Of a stretch of 45,681 nt of DNA, positions 40,151 to 45,681 are shown piece by piece. How positions within the stretch are numbered: position 1 is the first letter of the stretch; every line of letters begins with the position of its first letter. The position numbers were made by a program, and so were the translations under genes. The notes under the pieces were generated by a model. It worked only from the letters and a program-made list of their open reading frames with translations. It was not told the DNA's origin and did not search any database. Source of the DNA: a virus (taxonomy: Duplodnaviria > Heunggongvirae > Uroviricota > Caudoviricetes); the IMG/VR virus record IMGVR_UViG_2563366991_000003. One strand, 5' to 3'.

Positions 40151-43100
40151 ATGGGTAAAGGCAGCAGTAAGGGGCATATCCCGCGCGAAGCGAAGGACAA
40201 CCTGAAATCATCCCAGATGCTGAGCGTGATAGACGCCATCAGTGAAGGGCCGATTGAAGGTCCGGTGGATGGATTAAAAAGCGTGCTGCTGAACAGTACG
40301 CCGGTGCTGGACAGTGAGGGGAATACCAATATCTCCGGCGTCACGGTGGTGTTCCGGGCAGGTGAGCAGGAGCAGTCACCGCCGGAGGGATTTGAATCCT
40401 CCGGTTCCGAGACGGTGCTGGGTACGGAAGTGAAATATGAAACGCCGATCACCCGGACCATCACGTCGGCAAACATCGACCGTCTGCGCTTTACCTTCGG
40501 TGTACAGGCACTGGTGGAAACCACCTCAAAGGGAGACAGGAATCCGTCGGAAGTCCGCCTGCTGGTTCAGATACAGCGTAACGGTGGCTGGGTGACGGAA
40601 AAAGACATCACCATTAAGGGCAAAACCACCTCGCAGTATCTGGCCTCGGTGGTGGTGGATAACCTGCCGCCGCGCCCGTTCAATATCCGGATGCGCAGGA
40701 TGACGCCGGACAGCACCACAGACCAGCTGCAGAACAAAACGCTCTGGTCGTCATACACCGAGATCATCGATGTGAAACAGTGCTACCCGAACACGGCACT
40801 GGTCGGCGTACAGGTGGACTCGGAGCAGTTCGGCAGCCAGCAGGTGAGCCGTAATTATCATCTTCGCGGGCGCATTCTGCAGGTGCCGTCGAACTATAAC
40901 CCGCAGACGCGACAATACAGCGGTATCTGGGACGGAACGTTAAAACCAGCATACAGCAACAACATGGCCTGGTGTCTGTGGGATATGCTGACCCACCCGC
41001 GCTACGGCATGGGGAAACGTCTTGGTGCGGCGGATGTGGACAAATGGGCGCTGTATGTCATCGGCCAGTACTGCGACCAGTCAGTGCCGGACGGCTTTGG
41101 CGGCACGGAGCCGCGCATCACCTGTAATGCGTACCTGACCACACAGCGCAAGGCGTGGGATGTGCTCAGTGATTTCTGCTCGGCGATGCGCTGTATGCCG
41201 GTATGGAACGGGCAGACGCTGACGTTCGTGCAGGACCGACAGTCGGATAAGGTGTGGACCTATAACCGCAGTAATGTGGTGATGCCGGATGATGGCGCGC
41301 CGTTCCGCTACAGCTTCAGCGCCCTGAAGGACCGCCATAATGCCGTTGAGGTGAACTGGATTGACCCGAACAACGGCTGGGAGACGGCGACAGAGCTTGT
41401 TGAAGATACGCAGGCCATTGCCCGTTACGGTCGTAATGTCACGAAGATGGATGCCTTTGGCTGTACCAGCCGGGGGCAGGCACACCGCGCCGGGCTGTGG
41501 CTGATTAAAACGGAACTGCTGGAAACGCAGACCGTGGATTTCAGCGTGGGCGCAGAAGGGCTTCGCCATGTGCCGGGCGATGTTATTGAAATCTGCGATG
41601 ATGACTATGCCGGTATCAGCACCGGTGGTCGCGTGTTGGCGGTGAACAGCCAGACCCGGACGCTGACGCTCGACCGTGAAATCACGCTGCCATCCTCCGG
41701 TACCACGCTGATAAGCCTGGTTGACGGAAGTGGCAATCCGGTCAGCGTGGAGGTTCAGTCCGTCACCGACGGACTTAAGGTGAAAGTGAATCGGGTTCCT
41801 GACGGCGTTGCAGAATACAGTGTGTGGGGGCTGAAGTTGCCGACGTTGCGTCAGCGCCTGTTCCGCTGTGTGAGTATCCGTGAGAACGATGACGGCACGT
41901 ATGCCATCACTGCCGTGCAGCATGTACCGGAAAAAGAAGCCATCGTGGATAACGGGGCGCACTTTGACGGCGACCAGAGCGGCACGGTGAATGGTGTCAC
42001 GCCGCCAGCGGTGCAGCACCTGACCGCCGAAGTCACCGCAGACAGCGGGGAATACCAGGTGCTGGCGCGCTGGGATACGCCGAAGGTGGTGAAGGGCGTG
42101 AGCTTTATGCTTCGCCTGACCGTGGCAGCGGATGACGGCAGTGAGCGGCTGGTCAGCACGGCCCGGACGACGGAAACCACATACCGCTTCACGCAACTGG
42201 CGCCAGGGAACTACAGGCTGACAGTCCGGGCGGCAAATGCCTGGGGGCAGCAGGGCGATCCGGCATCGGTATCGTTCCGTATTGCCGCACCGGCAGCGCC
42301 GTCGCGGATTGAGCTGACGCCGGGCTATTTTCAGATAACCGCCACGCCCCATCTTGCCGTTTATGATCCGACGGTACAGTTTGAGTTCTGGTTCTCGGAA
42401 AAGCGGATTGCGGATATCAGGCAGGTTGAAACCACAGCCCGCTATCTTGGCACGGCGCTGTACTGGATAGCTGCCAGTATCAATATCAAACCGGGCCATG
42501 ATTATTATTTTTACATCCGCAGTGTGAACACCGTTGGCAAATCGGCATTTGTGGAGGCTGTTGGCCAGCCGAGTGATGATGCATCCGGCTATCTGGATTT
42601 TTTCAAAGGCGAGATAGGGAAAAGCCATCTGGCTCAGGAGCTGTGGACGCAGATTGATAACGGTCAGCTTGCGCCTGACCTGGCTGAAATCAGGACGTCC
42701 ATTACGGATGTCAGCAATGAAATCACGCAGACCGTCAATAAGAAACTGGAAGACCAGAGTGCGGCGATCCAGCAGATACAGAAGGTTCAGGTTGATACAA
42801 ATAATAACCTGAACAGCATGTGGGCTGTGAAGCTGCAGCAGATGCAGGACGGACGCCTTTATATCGCGGGTATTGGTGCCGGTATTGAGAACACCCCTGA
42901 CGGCATGCAGAGTCAGGTGCTGCTGGCGGCGGACAGGATTGCGATGGTTAATCCTGCGAATGGCAACACAAAGCCGATGTTTGTTGGTCAGGGCGATCAG
43001 ATATTCATGAACGAAGTGTTCCTGAAACGCCTGACGGCTCCCACCATTACCAGCGGCGGTAATCCTCCGGCATTTTCCCTGACACCGGACGGGCGGCTGA

Positions 43101-43630
43101 CGGCGAAAAATGCCGATATCAGCGGTAGCGTGAATGCGAACTCCGGGACGCTCAACAACGTCACGATTAACGAGAACTGTCGGGTTCTGGGAAAATTGTC
43201 CGCGAACCAGATTGAAGGCGATCTCGTTAAAACAGTGGGCAAAGCTTTCCCCCGGGACTCCCGTGCACCGGAGCGGTGGCCATCAGGGACCATTACCGTC
43301 AGGGTTTATGACGATCAGCCGTTTGACCGGCAAATTGTTATTCCAGCGGTGGCTTTCAGCGGTGCCAGACATGAACGGGAGAATAGCGATACTTATTCGT
43401 CATGCCGCCTGATAGTGAAGAAAAACGGGGCTGAAATTTATAACCGAACGGCTCTGGATAATACTCTGATTTACACGGGTGTTATTGATATGCCTGCAGG
43501 CAGTGGCGTAATGACACTGGAGTTTTCTGTATCAGCATGGTGGGTAAATGGCTGGTATCCCACAGCAAGTATCAGCGATTTGCTGGTTGTTGTGATGAAG
43601 AAAGCCACTGCAGGCATCACGATTAGCTGA
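40151..43630 (+). CDS. Host-specificity central tail fibre protein J (lambda gpJ-like)
   Basis: 1159-aa ORF; N-terminus [26 protein letters not shown] as in lambda J. Confidence 0.9.
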   Translation: MGKGSSKGHIPREAKDNLKSSQMLSVIDAISEGPIEGPVDGLKSVLLNSTPVLDSEGNTNISGVTVVFRAGEQEQSPPEGFESSGSETVLGTEVKYETPITRTITSANIDRLRFTFGVQALVETTSKGDRNPSEVRLLVQIQRNGGWVTEKDITIKGKTTSQYLASVVVDNLPPRPFNIRMRRMTPDSTTDQLQNKTLWSSYTEIIDVKQCYPNTALVGVQVDSEQFGSQQVSRNYHLRGRILQVPSNYNPQTRQYSGIWDGTLKPAYSNNMAWCLWDMLTHPRYGMGKRLGAADVDKWALYVIGQYCDQSVPDGFGGTEPRITCNAYLTTQRKAWDVLSDFCSAMRCMPVWNGQTLTFVQDRQSDKVWTYNRSNVVMPDDGAPFRYSFSALKDRHNAVEVNWIDPNNGWETATELVEDTQAIARYGRNVTKMDAFGCTSRGQAHRAGLWLIKTELLETQTVDFSVGAEGLRHVPGDVIEICDDDYAGISTGGRVLAVNSQTRTLTLDREITLPSSGTTLISLVDGSGNPVSVEVQSVTDGLKVKVNRVPDGVAEYSVWGLKLPTLRQRLFRCVSIRENDDGTYAITAVQHVPEKEAIVDNGAHFDGDQSGTVNGVTPPAVQHLTAEVTADSGEYQVLARWDTPKVVKGVSFMLRLTVAADDGSERLVSTARTTETTYRFTQLAPGNYRLTVRAANAWGQQGDPASVSFRIAAPAAPSRIELTPGYFQITATPHLAVYDPTVQFEFWFSEKRIADIRQVETTARYLGTALYWIAASINIKPGHDYYFYIRSVNTVGKSAFVEAVGQPSDDASGYLDFFKGEIGKSHLAQELWTQIDNGQLAPDLAEIRTSITDVSNEITQTVNKKLEDQSAAIQQIQKVQVDTNNNLNSMWAVKLQQMQDGRLYIAGIGAGIENTPDGMQSQVLLAADRIAMVNPANGNTKPMFVGQGDQIFMNEVFLKRLTAPTITSGGNPPAFSLTPDGRLTAKNADISGSVNANSGTLNNVTINENCRVLGKLSANQIEGDLVKTVGKAFPRDSRAPERWPSGTITVRVYDDQPFDRQIVIPAVAFSGARHERENSDTYSSCRLIVKKNGAEIYNRTALDNTLIYTGVIDMPAGSGVMTLEFSVSAWWVNGWYPTASISDLLVVVMKKATAGITIS

Positions 43631-43648
43631 ATTTTATAACCCAGATAC

Positions 43649-43675
43649 GGGCGCCAGAAATGGCGCCTTTTTTAT
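43649..43675 (+). terminator. Rho-independent terminator after J
   Basis: ggcgcca-gaaa-tggcgcc stem followed by ttttttatt. Confidence 0.5.
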
Positions 43676-43697
43676 TGCAGAAAAGCGAGAGGTAATT

Positions 43698-44297
43698 ATG
43701 CGTAAATTATGTGCTGTTATTCTGTCCACAGTAGTCTGGCTGGTCGCCGCTGGTACGCCAGCGAGCGCAGCAGAGCATCAGTCCACACTAAGCGCCGGGT
43801 ATCTTCAGACCCATACTGATATGCCCGGCAACGATGACCTGAAGGGCATTAACGTGAAATACCGTTATGAATTTACGGACACGCTGGGGCTGGTGACGTC
43901 ATTCAGTTATGCCAAAGACAAAAATCAGCAAAAAACGCATTACAGCGATACCCGCTGGCATGAAGATTCAGTGCGTAACCGCTGGTTCAGCATGATGGCG
44001 GGGCCGTCTGTACGCGTGAATGAATGGTTCAGTGCTTATGCGATGGCAGGTGTGGCTTACAGCCGTGTTTCGACGTTCTCCGGGGATTATCTCCGCGTAA
44101 CTGACAACAAGGGGAAAACGCACGATGTGCTGACCGGAAGTGATGACGATCGCCACAGCAACACGTCTCTGGCGTGGGGAGCTGGCGTGCAGTTTAACCC
44201 GACCGAATCCGTGGCCATTGATATTGCTTATGAAGGCTCCGGCAGTGGCGACTGGCGCACTGACGGTTTCATCGTGGGTGTCGGTTATAAATTCTGA
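43698..44297 (+). CDS. lom: Lom outer-membrane protein (Ail/Lom family)
   Basis: Signal peptide MRKLCAVILSTVVWLVAAGTPASA; beta-barrel with C-terminal ...GYKF. Confidence 0.85.
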   Translation: MRKLCAVILSTVVWLVAAGTPASAAEHQSTLSAGYLQTHTDMPGNDDLKGINVKYRYEFTDTLGLVTSFSYAKDKNQQKTHYSDTRWHEDSVRNRWFSMMAGPSVRVNEWFSAYAMAGVAYSRVSTFSGDYLRVTDNKGKTHDVLTGSDDDRHSNTSLAWGAGVQFNPTESVAIDIAYEGSGSGDWRTDGFIVGVGYKF

Positions 44298-44322
44298 TTA
44301 GCCAGGTAACACAGTGTTATGA

Positions 44323-44351
44323 CAGCCCGCCGGTTCAGGCGGGCTTTTTTG
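44323..44351 (+). terminator. Rho-independent terminator after lom
   Basis: agcccgcc-ggttca-ggcgggct stem followed by tttttt. Confidence 0.55.
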
Positions 44352-44361
44352 TGGAGTGGAT

Positions 44362-45681
44362 ATGGCAGCAGTAAAAATCTCAGGTGTGCTGAAAGATGGT
44401 GCGGGAAAACCAATACAGAACTGCACTATTCAACTGAAGGCAAAGCGTAACAGCACCACTGTACTGGTGAACACGGTGGCCTCTGAAAATCCGGATGAAG
44501 CCGGGCGTTACAGCATGGACGTTGAGTATGGCCAGTATAGCGTTATCCTGCTGGTTGAAGGTTTTCCGCCTTCACATGCCGGGATCATTACCGTCTATGA
44601 AGGTTCCAGACCAGGTACGCTGAATGATTTTCTCGGTGCCATGACGGAAGATGATGTCATGCCGGAGGCATTGCGTCGTTTTGAGGCAATGGTGGAAGAA
44701 GCGGCACGCAACGCCGAAGCCGCCTCTCAGAGCGCAGCGGTGGCAAAGAAATCCGAAACTGCAGCGGCATCATCGAAGAACGCGGCGAAAACCTCAGAAA
44801 CGAATGCAGCTAACAGCGCACAGGCGGCAGCGTCCTCGCAGACTGCATCGGCAAACTCCGCGACAGCAGCCAAAAAATCAGAAACCAACGCGAAAAACAG
44901 CGAGACAGCCGCAAAGACGAGCGAAACCAACGCAAAGTCCAGCCAGACGGCAGCGAAAACCAGCGAAACGAATGCCAAAGCCAGTGAAACTGCGGCGAAA
45001 AATAGCCAGGCTGCAGCAGCTGAAAGCGAGAGCGCAGCAGCCGGTTCTGCGACTTCAGCAGCTGGATCAGCAACTGCTGCGGCTAACAGCCAGAAAGCTG
45101 CGAAGACGAGTGAAACTAACGCAAAGTCCAGCCAGACGGCAGCGAAGACCAGCGAAACGAATGCCAAAGCCAGTGAAACTGCGGCGAAAAGCAGTCAGGA
45201 TGCAGCGGCCCAAAGCGAGAGTGCCGCAGCCAGTTCTGCAAGCGCGGCGGCTGCTTCTGCCACTGCATCAGCTAACAGTCAAAAAGCAGCAAAAACCAGT
45301 GAAACCAACGCAAAGGTGAGCGAAACAGCGGCTGCGAACTCAGCGAAAGCATCGGCAGCAAGCCAGACGGCAGCTAAAGCAAGCGAAGATGCAGCCAGAG
45401 AGTACGCAAGCCAGGCTGCGGAGCCGTATAAATATGTCTTACAGCCGCTGCCTGATGTGTGGATACCATTTAACGATTCGCTGGATATGATTACGGGCTT
45501 TTCGCCATCATATAAAAAAATTGTTATTGGTGACGATGAAATAACGATGCCTGGCGACAAGATTGTTAAGTTTAAACGTGCATCGAAAGCAACCTATATT
45601 AACAAATCTGGTGTGCTGACAGAGGCTGCCATTGACGAGCCACGATTTGAACGTGATGGCCTGCTTATTGAGGGGCAAAGA
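44362..45681 (+). CDS. Side tail fibre protein (lambda Stf-like), 3'-truncated by the window end
   Basis: ATG at 44362 then a 440-codon open frame to the window end; N-terminus MAAVKISGVLKDGAGKPIQNCTIQLKAK and TSETNAK-type Ala/Ser/Thr repeats. Absent from the ORF track because no stop falls inside the window. Confidence 0.8.
   Translation, partial: MAAVKISGVLKDGAGKPIQNCTIQLKAKRNSTTVLVNTVASENPDEAGRYSMDVEYGQYSVILLVEGFPPSHAGIITVYEGSRPGTLNDFLGAMTEDDVMPEALRRFEAMVEEAARNAEAASQSAAVAKKSETAAASSKNAAKTSETNAANSAQAAASSQTASANSATAAKKSETNAKNSETAAKTSETNAKSSQTAAKTSETNAKASETAAKNSQAAAAESESAAAGSATSAAGSATAAANSQKAAKTSETNAKSSQTAAKTSETNAKASETAAKSSQDAAAQSESAAASSASAAAASATASANSQKAAKTSETNAKVSETAAANSAKASAASQTAAKASEDAAREYASQAAEPYKYVLQPLPDVWIPFNDSLDMITGFSPSYKKIVIGDDEITMPGDKIVKFKRASKATYINKSGVLTEAAIDEPRFERDGLLIEGQR

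Noticed and set aside
41081-42628. 515-aa ORF on the - strand
   Set aside because: Lies entirely inside and antisense to the lambda-like J gene; Arg-rich.
44651-45319. 222-aa Arg/Lys-rich ORF on the + strand and a 146-aa Ala-rich ORF on the - strand (44727-45167)
   Set aside because: Alternate-frame artefacts of the repetitive, GC-skewed stf coding sequence; the real gene is the frame starting at 44362.

Overview
This window is a nearly complete Rac-type lambdoid prophage, most likely from Escherichia coli, running from the integrase at the left edge to a side tail fibre gene truncated by the right edge. Gene order is: int/xis, Lar, recE/recT, racC, ydaE, kilR, the racR-ydaS-ydaT immunity switch, replication genes (ydaU, DnaC-like ydaV), a nin/Q-like region, two tRNAs, the lysis cassette, trkG cargo, a ParB-like gene, terminase/portal/capsid genes, and a lambda-like tail (G/T, tape measure, M, L, K, I, J, lom, stf). 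The most interesting feature is an AT-rich two-gene insert between the replication and nin/Q modules: an AAA+ ATPase translationally coupled to a ~755-aa S8 subtilisin-like protease, the ATPase-plus-subtilase architecture I recall being reported for the IetAS defence system. The protease gene is split by a precisely bounded 768-bp IS1 with a 9-bp target-site duplication, so the system is inactivated here. The tail tape-measure gene also carries an in-frame amber codon, so the prophage looks partly decayed. All protein-family calls are from motifs and recalled similarity; no database search was run.
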